This document shows positions 49,465-59,665 of a stretch of DNA of 61,848 nt, piece after piece (within the stretch, counting starts at the first letter, position 1; every line of letters starts with the position of its first letter). The notes under the pieces were generated by a model, which was given only the letters and a program-made list of their open reading frames with translations, had not been told where the DNA came from and did not search any database. The stretch lies in assembly GCA_021202175.1 (NCBI GenBank), contig JAJQDO010000010.1, positions 1 to 61,848 on the forward strand, given 5' to 3'. Source of the DNA: Clostridiales bacterium (GTDB taxonomy: Bacteria; Bacillota; Clostridia; Lachnospirales; Lachnospiraceae). Both the position numbers and the translations under genes were made by a program.

Positions 49465-49962
49465 TCAGGTCAGCCGATAAAAATGCGGTTCTATCTCCCC
49501 ATCATCCTTTAATTCTACTACCAAAAAACTCGGAACCGGCGGATCCTGTCTGGGCAAAGCGACACTACCCGGATTTAAAATCGTCACGCCCTCTTCCTCA
49601 TAAACATGATAGGCCGGGCAATGGGTATGTCCATAGAACACGATATCCGCACCCATTTCCAATGCCCGATCTAGCAGCTCATCCTCACTCCAATTGACGC
49701 CATATTGATTTCCATGCGTCACAAAACAAACATGACCTGCCAATTCAAAGATATCCTCACTGTCCGCGGCAAAATCGTAATCACAATTCCCTTCTGCCAT
49801 ATACACAGGACAGCCTGCCATGCTGCGAAGCATGTCCGGCGTAAATTCCGAATCTCCACAATGGACCATCACATCCATTTTCCCTTTCATATAATCAATC
49901 ACCATCTCCAGATTGGACATGTTTCCATGATTATCACTGACTACTAAAATCGTTTTCCCCAT
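49465..49962 (-). CDS. Metallophosphoesterase (YfcE/MJ0936 type)
   Basis: SDNHG, HCGD, GNCD, THG, GHTH, NPGS. Confidence 0.9.
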   Translation of the reverse strand: MGKTILVVSDNHGNMSNLEMVIDYMKGKMDVMVHCGDSEFTPDMLRSMAGCPVYMAEGNCDYDFAADSEDIFELAGHVCFVTHGNQYGVNWSEDELLDRALEMGADIVFYGHTHCPAYHVYEEEGVTILNPGSVALPRQDPPVPSFLVVELKDDGEIEPHFYRLT

Positions 49963-50022
49963 GATCCTTCTCCTTTTCCCCCTCAATATAAATCTATAGA
50001 CAGATATTTCCCTTCATTACTA

Positions 50023-50197
50023 TTCGCAGCGAATCTGACACTTGCTGTCAGGTTACACTCCAATTACTTTAGAGTACCAGATTTTGCCCCCTGCGTCGTT
50101 AGTCGCACTTAAAATGGGGCAAAATCATTACTGTTCACGGTACGTGAACGGTAATGATTTTCGACTAACTTTGTTATTATACTTGATTTCCTGCGAA
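50023..50197. repeat. Nested palindromic MITE/REP-like element
   Basis: 13-bp terminal IR (11/13); internal pairs GATTTTGCCCC/GGGGCAAAATC and GTTAGTCG/CGACTAAC; 41-nt hairpin at 50121-50161. Confidence 0.55.
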
Positions 50198-50303
50198 AAA
50201 GAAACTATTATTATTGAGAACTGGCAATCAATCTGAAACCGGACGCTGTTCGAACGCAACCGAGAGCGATACTATAATAATAATCACACCATTGGAGGAT
50301 ATT

Positions 50304-51080
50304 ATGGCACAGATTACAGACCCCATTGCTGTCTTCGATTCCGGCATGGGCGGCATTAGTGTACTAAAAGAAATGACCCGAATGATGCCAAAAGAAGATT
50401 TCATCTATTTTGGCGACTCTCTGCATGCGCCTTATGGAACAAAAACCACAGAAGAAGTCCGTCAATTGACAATCGGACATATAGCAGATTTTATCGAAAA
50501 TAAACATGCGAAAGCCATTGCCGTAGCCTGCAATACAGCAACCAGCGCGGCAGTACGGATTTTACGGGAAATGTATCCAGACGTCCCTCTTGTAGGAGTG
50601 GAACCAGCCATCAAGCCTGCCGTCCTCGACTGCAAGCATCCCCGGGTACTGGTCATGGCAACGCCTGTCACATTAAAAGAAGAGAAATTCCACAATCTGG
50701 AAGCCATCTATGATGCACAGGCGGACATCATCCCCGTCCCTTGCCCCGGTCTGATGGAGTTCATCGAACAGGGCATCCTGGAAGGTGAAGAACTGGATTC
50801 CTATTTAAAGGATAAATTATCTCCCTATCTTCATACTAATATCACCGGTATCGTCCTTGGCTGTACTCATTATCCTTTCGTAAAAAAGGATATTCAGGCC
50901 ATCGTCGGCCCTTCCGTCAAAATCTTTGACGGAAGCTTTGGTACCGCAAAAGAACTTCGTCGCCGGGTCACGGAAGCCGGCCTTTTGCGCTCTGACGAAC
51001 ACGCCGGTACCGTAGCCTTTCTAAACAGCTCGGATGATCCGGATAAGATCAGGCTGTCTGAATATCTGTACTCCATATAA
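50304..51080 (+). CDS. murI: Glutamate racemase
   Basis: VFDSGMGG, APYGTK, VACNTAT, LGCTHYP; start moved to 50304 (GGAGG RBS). Confidence 0.95.
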   Translation: MAQITDPIAVFDSGMGGISVLKEMTRMMPKEDFIYFGDSLHAPYGTKTTEEVRQLTIGHIADFIENKHAKAIAVACNTATSAAVRILREMYPDVPLVGVEPAIKPAVLDCKHPRVLVMATPVTLKEEKFHNLEAIYDAQADIIPVPCPGLMEFIEQGILEGEELDSYLKDKLSPYLHTNITGIVLGCTHYPFVKKDIQAIVGPSVKIFDGSFGTAKELRRRVTEAGLLRSDEHAGTVAFLNSSDDPDKIRLSEYLYSI

Positions 51081-51219
51081 AGATATCATTGATTGACAAA
51101 AAAGGGCAACCTTACTGAAGACACCATCACTGTTCTTGATATATGCAGTCAGTGACGAGTGCCCTTTCTGTAAGGTTGTCCCGTTGTTTGTTCTTTCATG
51201 TCTTAATAATGATATATGA

Positions 51220-51252
51220 TGAACTACCCATTGTCTAAAGCCAATGGGCTTG
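51220..51252 (+). mobile_element. Isolated IS200/IS605-like terminal hairpin remnant
   Basis: TGAACTA-CCCATTG-TCTAAAGC-CAATGGG-CTTG fits the AACTACCC..TAAAG..GGGCTT end motif; no transposase nearby. Confidence 0.55.
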
Positions 51253-51294
51253 CAATCAACTTATTTCAAGTTATTTCAGGTATTTTGTCCATGA

Positions 51295-52179
51295 CTAATA
51301 CACGATAATATCATAAGACTTTTCAAAAATCCCGCCCGACTCCAGCACATTGATGCCCGGTTTCTCAGAAATATCCTGATCAAATCCACAATTGTCCGTC
51401 CGGCCACACCAGGGTTCCAGGCATACATACGGTGCTCCCGGCTTAGACCAGATGCCGAAATTCGGAAAATCTCTGCTCTCTACCGCTACATAAGGGGAGC
51501 CATCCGGCAATGCCAGCCCGGCCCACGATATCTGACCGCCGTCGAACACCAGCGCGTCCTTGTCAAACATATCCTTCCGCAGGCGGAAAGTATGATTATG
51601 TAAAGCCATCGGCCATTCTTTCTCAACAATTGCCGTTCCACTGTTGGTGTCAAGGAGCACATAGGAAAGCTTCTCTACATTTTCTTCAAAGCAGAGGAAA
51701 TAGTCATCGAAGCGCGTGTTCGGCAGCACCTGTACGTTAAAGGCAGGATGCCCACCGATGGTAAAATACATCATGTTTTCCCCTGGGTTCGTCACCTTCC
51801 ACTGTACCGTGAGTCGGTTCTCCGCCAGTTTCTGGGTTACTTCCAGCTGAAAATCAAATGGATAGATTTTCTTGGTCTCCTCATCCGCTGTCAGACGGTG
51901 TGTCACCTGGAATTCCTTTTCTTCCACCCGCTTAAATTCCTTGTCTCTGGCAAATCCGTGTTGTCCGGTCGGGTATTTATTTCCCTGATAAGAATATGCC
52001 CCGCCATAATGTTTCCCTACATTCGGGAAAAGAATCGGCGCATGGCGATTCCAGAAAGACGGGTCTGCCTGCCAGATAATCTCTCTCTGATTCTCCTTGT
52101 CAAAAATGCTTATGAGTTCTGCGCCATGGTCTGCAATCGTCACAGACATCTTTTCATTTTCCATCGTGTAATTTCCCAT
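51295..52179 (-). CDS. Aldose 1-epimerase family protein (LacX-like)
   Basis: GAELISI, WQAD..W.RHAPILFP.VG, HGFARD, IGGHPAF, VCLEPW.G. Confidence 0.9.
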   Translation of the reverse strand: MGNYTMENEKMSVTIADHGAELISIFDKENQREIIWQADPSFWNRHAPILFPNVGKHYGGAYSYQGNKYPTGQHGFARDKEFKRVEEKEFQVTHRLTADEETKKIYPFDFQLEVTQKLAENRLTVQWKVTNPGENMMYFTIGGHPAFNVQVLPNTRFDDYFLCFEENVEKLSYVLLDTNSGTAIVEKEWPMALHNHTFRLRKDMFDKDALVFDGGQISWAGLALPDGSPYVAVESRDFPNFGIWSKPGAPYVCLEPWCGRTDNCGFDQDISEKPGINVLESGGIFEKSYDIIVY

Positions 52180-52387
52180 GGTAATCCTCCCCAAATATCT
52201 CTGTACATTCTTTGTCCATTACTAACACAAATAGCTTAACACAGGACAGACAAGGATTCAAGTTGATATCCTCGTAAAATTGAATGACCCATACGCCATA
52301 ACAAGCCCCAAAATTCAGGTACTGTTCACAACAATATATGAACAATACCTGATTTTGTGCCCTCTTAAGCACATCTATCCTTTCGCC

Positions 52388-53428
52388 TTATTTTCCCGAA
52401 AACTCCGTAGTGACCAAGTCCTCATAAGGCACCCGTTCCGAAAGTTCGCCGGCTTCTTCCAGGATATCTTCTAACAATGTAAAACTGTCTTCTTCAAAGC
52501 AGGTATTCGTTTTATAGCTATCCTGATTGGCATAGCGCTCCACGATTTTTTCAATGGTCTCCACATCGGTATCGGTAAATTGTGGGGCAATGACCTTCGC
52601 CACCTCGGCAGCCGTATGTTCTTCTACATATTTCTGTCCTTTTTCGATGGCATTGGTGAAGGCCTGCAGCAATGCCCTGTTTTCTTCCAGAAAACTTTTC
52701 TTTACACTGTATGCCGTGTAGGGAACATATCCACTCTCCATCCCTACCGAAGCAACTACATAACCTTCTCCCTGTTCTTCAATCAGGGTTGCCGACGGTT
52801 CGAATTCTACGGTATAATCGCCGGTTCCGCCGATAAATGCCCCGGATGTGTTATTAAAATCAATGTTTTGCACCAGCGTAAGGTCCGTCTCCGAGTCAAT
52901 GTTATGTTTCTTTAACACATATTCCAGCACCATCTCCGGCATTCCACCTGCTCGGCCACCAATCACTTCTTTCCCGATCAGGTCTTCCCACTCAAAATCC
53001 GTGTCTTCCGTACGGCTTACCACAAAGTTCCCCGCCCGCTGGGTCAGCTGCGCGAAGTTCACGAAGTAATCTTCATTTCCTTCGATATACTGGTAGATGG
53101 TCGCCTCCGGCCCCATAAAGGCGATATCGGCATCGCCACTGATCACGGCCGTCGCCGTCTTATCCGCCCCGAATCCGGTATCAACCTGAAGGTCGATTCC
53201 TTCCCCTTTAAAATACCCTAATTCCATAGCTACATATTGCGGCGCATAGAAAATGGAATGGGCGACTTCATTCAGACGGACCTCGGTTAAATCAGATTTT
53301 TTTCCTCCACAGCCGACGAGTCCCACAGTCACCAGTAAAAACAACACAATGCCAGGCGCAGCATAAGCTGTGATTCGCCTGGCATTTTTTCTGACATTTT
53401 TGGTATCATTGTGATCCTTCATTTCCAC
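52388..53428 (-). CDS. NMT1/THI5-like ABC substrate-binding lipoprotein
   Basis: LVGC lipobox, EVAHSIFYAPQYVA, GGRAGGMPEM, FEPSAT. Confidence 0.85.
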   Translation of the reverse strand: MEMKDHNDTKNVRKNARRITAYAAPGIVLFLLVTVGLVGCGGKKSDLTEVRLNEVAHSIFYAPQYVAMELGYFKGEGIDLQVDTGFGADKTATAVISGDADIAFMGPEATIYQYIEGNEDYFVNFAQLTQRAGNFVVSRTEDTDFEWEDLIGKEVIGGRAGGMPEMVLEYVLKKHNIDSETDLTLVQNIDFNNTSGAFIGGTGDYTVEFEPSATLIEEQGEGYVVASVGMESGYVPYTAYSVKKSFLEENRALLQAFTNAIEKGQKYVEEHTAAEVAKVIAPQFTDTDVETIEKIVERYANQDSYKTNTCFEEDSFTLLEDILEEAGELSERVPYEDLVTTEFSGK

Positions 53429-53511
53429 TGCTCCAAAATTTGTTCTAAGTTAGAGTATGTGGAAATGAAGGGATGTGTGAATTTATATCATTTATTATAT
53501 TTTATTCTTTT

Positions 53512-53967
53512 CTATACAGATGGCTTACATTTCTGAGCATGAAAGAAATTCGTCAGAGCATCCAGAGATTTCATCCATATATTCAGTTCTTCCGTTGTAA
53601 GGCAGGATATAAGCGCCTCCGTCATATCTTCATGAAATTTCCTGTGATGTTCAAAAGCCGCCATCCCCTTATCAAGGAGACGAACATTGACAACCCGCCG
53701 GTCATTCTCATTACGGCTTCGCTCAACATATCCTTTTTTTACCAGGCTGTTCATGGACGTCGTCAGAGAGCCAACGGTTATATTCAATTTCTTCGCTATG
53801 TCAGTCATCCTGGATTCGGACGTATTTCCGATTGCCTCAATGATGTGCATATCGTTATTGCTGATATCTTTGAACTCATCAGTGATGATGGCTTTTTCTT
53901 CCAATTCCAGCAGCTCATGAAATGTGCTCACCAACATTGTATTAATCTTTTCCCTTATTTCATCCAT
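53512..53967 (-). CDS. MarR-family regulator (FabT-like)
   Basis: HIIEAIG, IAKKLNITVGSLT..N.LVKKGYVER, DRRVV, HHRKFH; at the end of the fab operon. Confidence 0.85.
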   Translation of the reverse strand: MDEIREKINTMLVSTFHELLELEEKAIITDEFKDISNNDMHIIEAIGNTSESRMTDIAKKLNITVGSLTTSMNSLVKKGYVERSRNENDRRVVNVRLLDKGMAAFEHHRKFHEDMTEALISCLTTEELNIWMKSLDALTNFFHAQKCKPSV

Positions 53968-54030
53968 GTATTTGCACCTGCAACTTCTTACGTTCCTTTT
54001 TTATACTAAAAACAAGCCTGCATATTTATT

Positions 54031-55776
54031 TTACATCCTCCGGAAACGGTCATATCTGGCTGCGACCAGGACTTCCTCTGGCAGATTCATTTTTTCTTTC
54101 AGGAAAGCACAGATCATATCATCAAGATGCACACAGATATCCAGCATCGTATCCAGTGTATAATTTTCCGGTTCCGGAATAATCGTTTCCACAAAACCAG
54201 CCTTATAAAGATCATAAGAGGTCAACCGCATGGCTTTTGCCGCTTTCTGCGCCAGGCTCGCATCCTTCCAGAGGATACTGGCATAACCTTCCGGGGACAG
54301 GATGGAATAAATCGCGTTTTCCAACATCCACACTTCATCGGCTACCGCCATGGCCAATGCGCCGCCGCTGCCGCCTTCCCCGATCAAAATCGAAAGAATC
54401 GGAGTTTTCAGGTCGGACATCTCATATAAATTCGATGCAATGGCCTCGCCCTGACAGCGTTCTTCCGCGCCGATTCCCGGATAAGCACCCGGCGTATCGA
54501 CGAAACAGATGATCGGACGATGGAATTTCTCTGCCTGTTTCATCAGGCGCAGGGACTTCCGATAACCTTCGGGCATCGGCATGCCGAAGTTTCTCTTTAC
54601 ATTTTCCTGGGTATTTTTCCCTTTCATCTGCGCGATGACCGTGACAGGCTGGCCGTGGAAGGTCGCGATGCCGCCACAGATGGCCTGGTCGTCGCCATAA
54701 TATCTGTCTCCATGCATTTCGATGAAATTATCAAAAAGTCCATTGATATAATCCTCGCCCACTGGACGACCTTTGGCACGAGCCAATTCCACTCTCTCCC
54801 AGGCGGTCTTATCTTTCGCATGTTCAGTGTTCACCTTATAAGGCGGCTTGTATGCTCCCTGCAGCTTTACTTCCTCACTGATCTCCTCGATGTCTGCTGT
54901 GACATCTCCTCGCTGCTCCTGACGATGCAGGTCAAGAAGATAGCATAGCTCCTCTTTCATATAATGACGGTCCACGATGCGATCTACAAAGCCATGTTCC
55001 AGAAGGAACTCCGAACGCCGAAATCCTTTGGGCAGCTTCTGGCCAATCGTCTGCTCGATGACACGCGGTCCGGCAAAACCAACCAATGCCTTCGGTTCCG
55101 CAAGGATGATATCTCCGAGAGTGGCAAAACTGGCTGTCACGCCACCGGTTGTCGGGTCGGTCAGCACGGAAATATAGAGCAGTCCCGCTTCACTGTGCCG
55201 TTTCAGGGCCGCGGATGTTTTGGCCATCTGCATCAGGGAGGTCATGCCTTCCTGCATTCTGGCGCCGCCGGAACAGGTAAAGATGACCACCGGCAGTCTC
55301 TCGCTCGTCGCTCTCTCAACGGCTCGGGTAATCTTTTCTCCCACGACAGCACCCATACTGGCTGTAAGGAATCTTCCATCCATAACCATTAATACGACGT
55401 CGTTTTCGCCGATTTTGGCCCTGCCGGTCACGACAGCCTCGTCAAGGCCGGCCTTTTCCTGCAGTTCCTTTACCTTATCGGGATATCCTTTCATGCGCAG
55501 AGGATTCGTGTTGACCAGACCAGTATCCCATTCCTCAAAGGAACCTTCTTCTGCTACCAGGGCTATTCTCCTGTGGGCTGGCATTCGAAAATAGCCGCCA
55601 CATTTTGGACAAATATAAAGGTTATTCTTATATTCTTCCGTAAAAAGCCCTTTGCCGCATTTATTACATTTTTTCATGATGCCCTGGGGCGCTTCGGGTT
55701 TCTGTTCGCCTTCGACCGGTTCCGTTTCCGGTTCCTTATTAATCGAAGTCTTTTTAAACATCGTTTTTAAATCCAT
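54031..55776 (-). CDS. accDA: Acetyl-CoA carboxyltransferase, fused beta-alpha subunits (AccD-AccA)
   Basis: CNKC..CPKC Zn finger, SGGARMQEG, PTTGGV.ASFA; then GDRYYGDD, DTPGAYPG, GEGGSGGAL, ILSPEG in one ORF. Confidence 0.92.
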   Translation of the reverse strand: MDLKTMFKKTSINKEPETEPVEGEQKPEAPQGIMKKCNKCGKGLFTEEYKNNLYICPKCGGYFRMPAHRRIALVAEEGSFEEWDTGLVNTNPLRMKGYPDKVKELQEKAGLDEAVVTGRAKIGENDVVLMVMDGRFLTASMGAVVGEKITRAVERATSERLPVVIFTCSGGARMQEGMTSLMQMAKTSAALKRHSEAGLLYISVLTDPTTGGVTASFATLGDIILAEPKALVGFAGPRVIEQTIGQKLPKGFRRSEFLLEHGFVDRIVDRHYMKEELCYLLDLHRQEQRGDVTADIEEISEEVKLQGAYKPPYKVNTEHAKDKTAWERVELARAKGRPVGEDYINGLFDNFIEMHGDRYYGDDQAICGGIATFHGQPVTVIAQMKGKNTQENVKRNFGMPMPEGYRKSLRLMKQAEKFHRPIICFVDTPGAYPGIGAEERCQGEAIASNLYEMSDLKTPILSILIGEGGSGGALAMAVADEVWMLENAIYSILSPEGYASILWKDASLAQKAAKAMRLTSYDLYKAGFVETIIPEPENYTLDTMLDICVHLDDMICAFLKEKMNLPEEVLVAARYDRFRRM

Positions 55777-57134
55777 TTACGCTCCTCCTGCATCTCCTTC
55801 ATCACCTGATCCATGTAGGAAATGGTAATGTCTCCTTCCTGATAATCATCTCGTTCCATGATATCATACAGAAAATCTATATTTGTGGTAACGCCCTCAA
55901 TGATGACCTCGCCGAGGGCACTGTGCATTTTCGCGATCGCTTCCTTCCGGTTTTTCGCAAACACGATCAGCTTCGCGATCATGGAATCATAATACGGCGA
56001 TACTGTGCAGCCGCTGTAAATAGCGCTGTCTAGGCGGATTCCCTTCCCTCCTGGCAGATACATATCCGTAATCTTTCCCGGACAAGGGTGGAAATTATGT
56101 TTCGGGTCTTCCGCGTTGATACGGCATTCAATGGCGTGTCCTGTCATCTGCACGTCATTTTGCGTGTAGGACAGATGCCTTCCACTCGCAATACGAATCT
56201 GCTCTTTGATAAGGTCGACTCCCGTCACCCACTCTGTCACCGGATGTTCTACCTGAATCCGGGTGTTCATTTCCATAAAATAAAAGTTTTCGTTATCCTC
56301 CAGTAAGAACTCAATGGTCCCCGCATTGGTATATCCGGCCGCTTTTGCCGCCTTGACAGCTGCCTTTCCCATTTTCTTACGCAGTTTATCATCGATGATA
56401 GAAGAAGGAGATTCCTCAATCATTTTCTGATGATTTCTCTGGATAGAACAGTCTCTTTCTCCCAGATGGATCACATTGCCATAGTGATCAGCCAGAATCT
56501 GAAACTCGATATGATGTGGATTCTCCACATAATGTTCCAGATACATATGATTATCGCCAAATGCCTGGGAGGACTCCTTTTGCGCGGTCAAAAATTCCTT
56601 TTCAAACTCTTCCGCAAAATGTGCTACCCGCATTCCTTTGCCACCGCCACCAAGGACGGCTTTAATGATCACCGGAAAGCCGATCTCTTTGGCAACCGCA
56701 AGGGCCTGTTTACTGTCAGTGATAGACTCATCACTTCCCGGAATCACCGGCACGCCAGCCTCCACCATCGTTTTTCTCGCCATCGCTTTATTCCCGAGTT
56801 TTGCCATGGTTTTGGAATCCGGACCGATAAACGTGATGTTGCAGGCCTCACAGTGCTCAGCGAAACGACTATTCTCAGATAAAAAGCCATATCCTGGGTG
56901 GACAGCGTCCGCTCCGGTAAGAATCGTTGCACTGATAATCTGCTCCATATTCAGATAACTGTCTTTCGCCGTAGCCGGTCCAATGCAGACCGCCTCATCG
57001 GCAAGCTGCGCATGAAGTGCGTCCCGATCTGCTTCGGAATACACTGCAACGGTCTCAATTCCCATCTCTCTGCAGGCCCGGATAATGCGGATGGCAATCT
57101 CTCCCCGGTTTGCAATTAATATTTTCCGAATCAT
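55767..57134 (-). CDS. accC: Biotin carboxylase
   Basis: KILIANRGEIA, HPGYGFLSE, GGGGKGMR, EMNTRIQVEH, YDSMIAK. Confidence 0.96.
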   Translation of the reverse strand: MIRKILIANRGEIAIRIIRACREMGIETVAVYSEADRDALHAQLADEAVCIGPATAKDSYLNMEQIISATILTGADAVHPGYGFLSENSRFAEHCEACNITFIGPDSKTMAKLGNKAMARKTMVEAGVPVIPGSDESITDSKQALAVAKEIGFPVIIKAVLGGGGKGMRVAHFAEEFEKEFLTAQKESSQAFGDNHMYLEHYVENPHHIEFQILADHYGNVIHLGERDCSIQRNHQKMIEESPSSIIDDKLRKKMGKAAVKAAKAAGYTNAGTIEFLLEDNENFYFMEMNTRIQVEHPVTEWVTGVDLIKEQIRIASGRHLSYTQNDVQMTGHAIECRINAEDPKHNFHPCPGKITDMYLPGGKGIRLDSAIYSGCTVSPYYDSMIAKLIVFAKNRKEAIAKMHSALGEVIIEGVTTNIDFLYDIMERDDYQEGDITISYMDQVMKEMQEERKWI

Positions 57135-57162
57135 ATTGTCTCCTTTATCCAATCACAAATGT

Positions 57163-57588
57163 TTAGCCAACCATAAAGGTAAGCTCTGCTTTTACGACAA
57201 CCTTGCCGTCTACACTGGCAACGGCCTCTCCAACACCCATGGGGCCTTTTACTTTGATAATCTTTGTTTCCAGACGCAGCTTATCGCCCGGCACAACCTT
57301 GCCACGGAAACGGCACTTGTTGATGCCTCCAAAATAAGCCGTCTTTCCTTTATTTTCTTCCATGGAAAGAATCGCCACAGCTCCAACCTGCGCCAGCGCT
57401 TCTATCGTCAATACGCCCGGCATCACCGGTTCCTGCGGAAAATGTCCCTGGAAAAAGTCTTCCCGATAGGTCACACATTTATAACCGACCGCGCCAACGC
57501 CCGGCTCCAACTCCTCGATGTAATCTACCAGAAGAAATGGATGCCTGTGTGGAAGAATCTCCTGTATCTCTTTAATCCCTAATCTCAT
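57163..57588 (-). CDS. fabZ: 3-hydroxyacyl-ACP dehydratase
   Basis: [30 protein letters not shown]. Confidence 0.96.
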   Translation of the reverse strand: MRLGIKEIQEILPHRHPFLLVDYIEELEPGVGAVGYKCVTYREDFFQGHFPQEPVMPGVLTIEALAQVGAVAILSMEENKGKTAYFGGINKCRFRGKVVPGDKLRLETKIIKVKGPMGVGEAVASVDGKVVVKAELTFMVG

Positions 57589-57622
57589 CTTTTCATCTCC
57601 TAATTATCATACATTTCTATTC

Positions 57623-58204
57623 TTACTCAATGCGAAACAGCGGCTGTCCGTATTCGACCATCTCTTCGTTCTTTACAAGGACTTCTGTCACCACGCCATC
57701 GTACTCACACTCGATCTCATTCATCAGCTTCATGGCCTCCACGATAGCGACTGTCTGCCCTTTTGTCACGGTATCACCTACCTTTACAAAGGCCGGCGCA
57801 TCTTCCGATGGTGCCGCGTAAAATGTACCGACTAACGGAGATGTCACGAGATTACCAGCTTTCTCTGCAGGTGCCGCTGGAGTCTCCTCTGCCGACGCGG
57901 ATGCTGTCTGAACTGGTGCAGCCGGCTGTTCCTGTACCGGTGCCGGGGCAACCGGTTGCATGGCGACAGGATTTGCAGGACCGCAGCCTGCCGGCGGCAT
58001 CGGTGGATTATTCATCGGACCCGGACCACCCATCGGCGGCATCATCGGACCTTGTCCTCCCATCGGCGGTGGTCCCATCGGTGGCATCTTCTGTGGTTTT
58101 TCACAACTCATGACAATATGAATGTTTCCTTCTGTATATTCGAATTTGGAAAGCTTTGCTTCCGAAACGGCTTGCACTAATTTTAAAATCTCTTCGTATT
58201 GCAT
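57623..58204 (-). CDS. accB: Biotin carboxyl carrier protein
   Basis: SPLVGTFY, EAMKLMNE biotinylation site; Pro/Met/Gly-rich linker; start moved to 58204 (GGAGG). Confidence 0.95.
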   Translation of the reverse strand: MQYEEILKLVQAVSEAKLSKFEYTEGNIHIVMSCEKPQKMPPMGPPPMGGQGPMMPPMGGPGPMNNPPMPPAGCGPANPVAMQPVAPAPVQEQPAAPVQTASASAEETPAAPAEKAGNLVTSPLVGTFYAAPSEDAPAFVKVGDTVTKGQTVAIVEAMKLMNEIECEYDGVVTEVLVKNEEMVEYGQPLFRIE

Positions 58205-58379
58205 AAAATCCTCCATTCCGCCGTAACTTATCTGACGGCACAAATCGTGATAAAAATGTATCTTTCTATACAGATTTTCTTATATTTCATTCCTGACCCA
58301 CTCCTGATTCAGGACAACCTGGGATTGAAAAAAAATCCATTCCTTCCAGACAACTTGGAAATGGAAGGAAACACATCCC

Positions 58380-59630
58380 CTACTGGTTATATTTTTTCAA
58401 AAGAAGGGTCGCATTGTGGCCGCCGAATCCAAGGGAATTGGTGAGCGCCACGTTGACGTCCTGGTGAACCGGCTCGCCAATGACATAATCGAGATCGCAT
58501 CCTTCACCCGGTTCTGTGGTGCCCACCGTCTGATGGATATAGCCTTCCTCGATGGATTTCACACAGGTGATCACTTCCACGGCACCGGCGGCCCCGAGCA
58601 GATGGCCGATCATGGATTTGGTAGAATTCACCTTCAACGAGGAGGCCGCGTCGCCAAATGCTGCATGAACGGCTCTGGTCTCAAACAGATCGTTGTGATG
58701 GGTTCCTGTTCCGTGAGCATTGACATAATCCACTTCTTCCGGCTTCACGCCAGCTTCTTCCATGGCCAGCTCCATCGCTTTAGCCGCACCGCTGCCGTCG
58801 TCGATCGGCGCTGTGATATGATAGGCATCACAGGTGCTGCCATAGCCGCAAAGCTCCGCATATATCTTCGCGCCACGTTTCTTCGCATGTTCCAACTCTT
58901 CCAGAACAACTACGCCGGCACCTTCTCCCATGACAAAGCCGCTGCGATTTTTATCAAAAGGAAGGGAGGCTTTCATCGGATCCTCTTCCGTACTCAATGC
59001 GGTCAGATTGGTAAATCCCGCGACAGCGACCCGTACGATACAGCTCTCGGTTCCACCCGCAAACATTACATCCGCATCGCCGTACTGAATCGCACGCAGC
59101 GCGTCGCCGATGGAATTCGTTCCCGTCGCACAGGCTGTCACAACATCGGTACACTTTCCCTTGCATCCAAATGCGATCGCCACGTTTCCAGCCGCCATAT
59201 TAGAGATCATCATTGGCACCATCAGCGGATTTACCCGCTTTGGTCCCTTTGTGATGACCTTATCATATTCTTTTTCCATGACGTCAAGACCGCCGATACC
59301 GGAACCGATGATGACACCGACTCGGTAAGGATCTTCCTCATCCATGTTGATCCCTGCCATATCTTTTGCTTCCTGGGCAGCCGCCACCGCGTACTGGGTG
59401 AAGACATCCATTCTCCGGGAAGCTTTTACATCCATCCTTTCCTTTGCCACAAAGCCTTTTACTTCCGCGGCAATCTTCACTTTGTATTCTGTCGTATCAA
59501 ACTTTGTGATCGGGCCGATGCCCACTTTCTGTTCTTTGACACTGTTCCAGAACGCGTCTACTGTATTTCCAATCGGAGTCACAGCGCCCATACCGGTGAT
59601 TACAACTCTTCTCTTCATCAAATTATACAT
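58380..59630 (-). CDS. fabF: 3-oxoacyl-ACP synthase II
   Basis: RRVVITGMG, TACATG, NAHGTGT, TKSMIGHLLGAAG, GFGGHN; start may be 59618. Confidence 0.96.
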   Translation of the reverse strand: MYNLMKRRVVITGMGAVTPIGNTVDAFWNSVKEQKVGIGPITKFDTTEYKVKIAAEVKGFVAKERMDVKASRRMDVFTQYAVAAAQEAKDMAGINMDEEDPYRVGVIIGSGIGGLDVMEKEYDKVITKGPKRVNPLMVPMMISNMAAGNVAIAFGCKGKCTDVVTACATGTNSIGDALRAIQYGDADVMFAGGTESCIVRVAVAGFTNLTALSTEEDPMKASLPFDKNRSGFVMGEGAGVVVLEELEHAKKRGAKIYAELCGYGSTCDAYHITAPIDDGSGAAKAMELAMEEAGVKPEEVDYVNAHGTGTHHNDLFETRAVHAAFGDAASSLKVNSTKSMIGHLLGAAGAVEVITCVKSIEEGYIHQTVGTTEPGEGCDLDYVIGEPVHQDVNVALTNSLGFGGHNATLLLKKYNQ

Positions 59631-59665
59631 CCTTTCTTAACATAGGCATTCCTTATGTGGAATCC

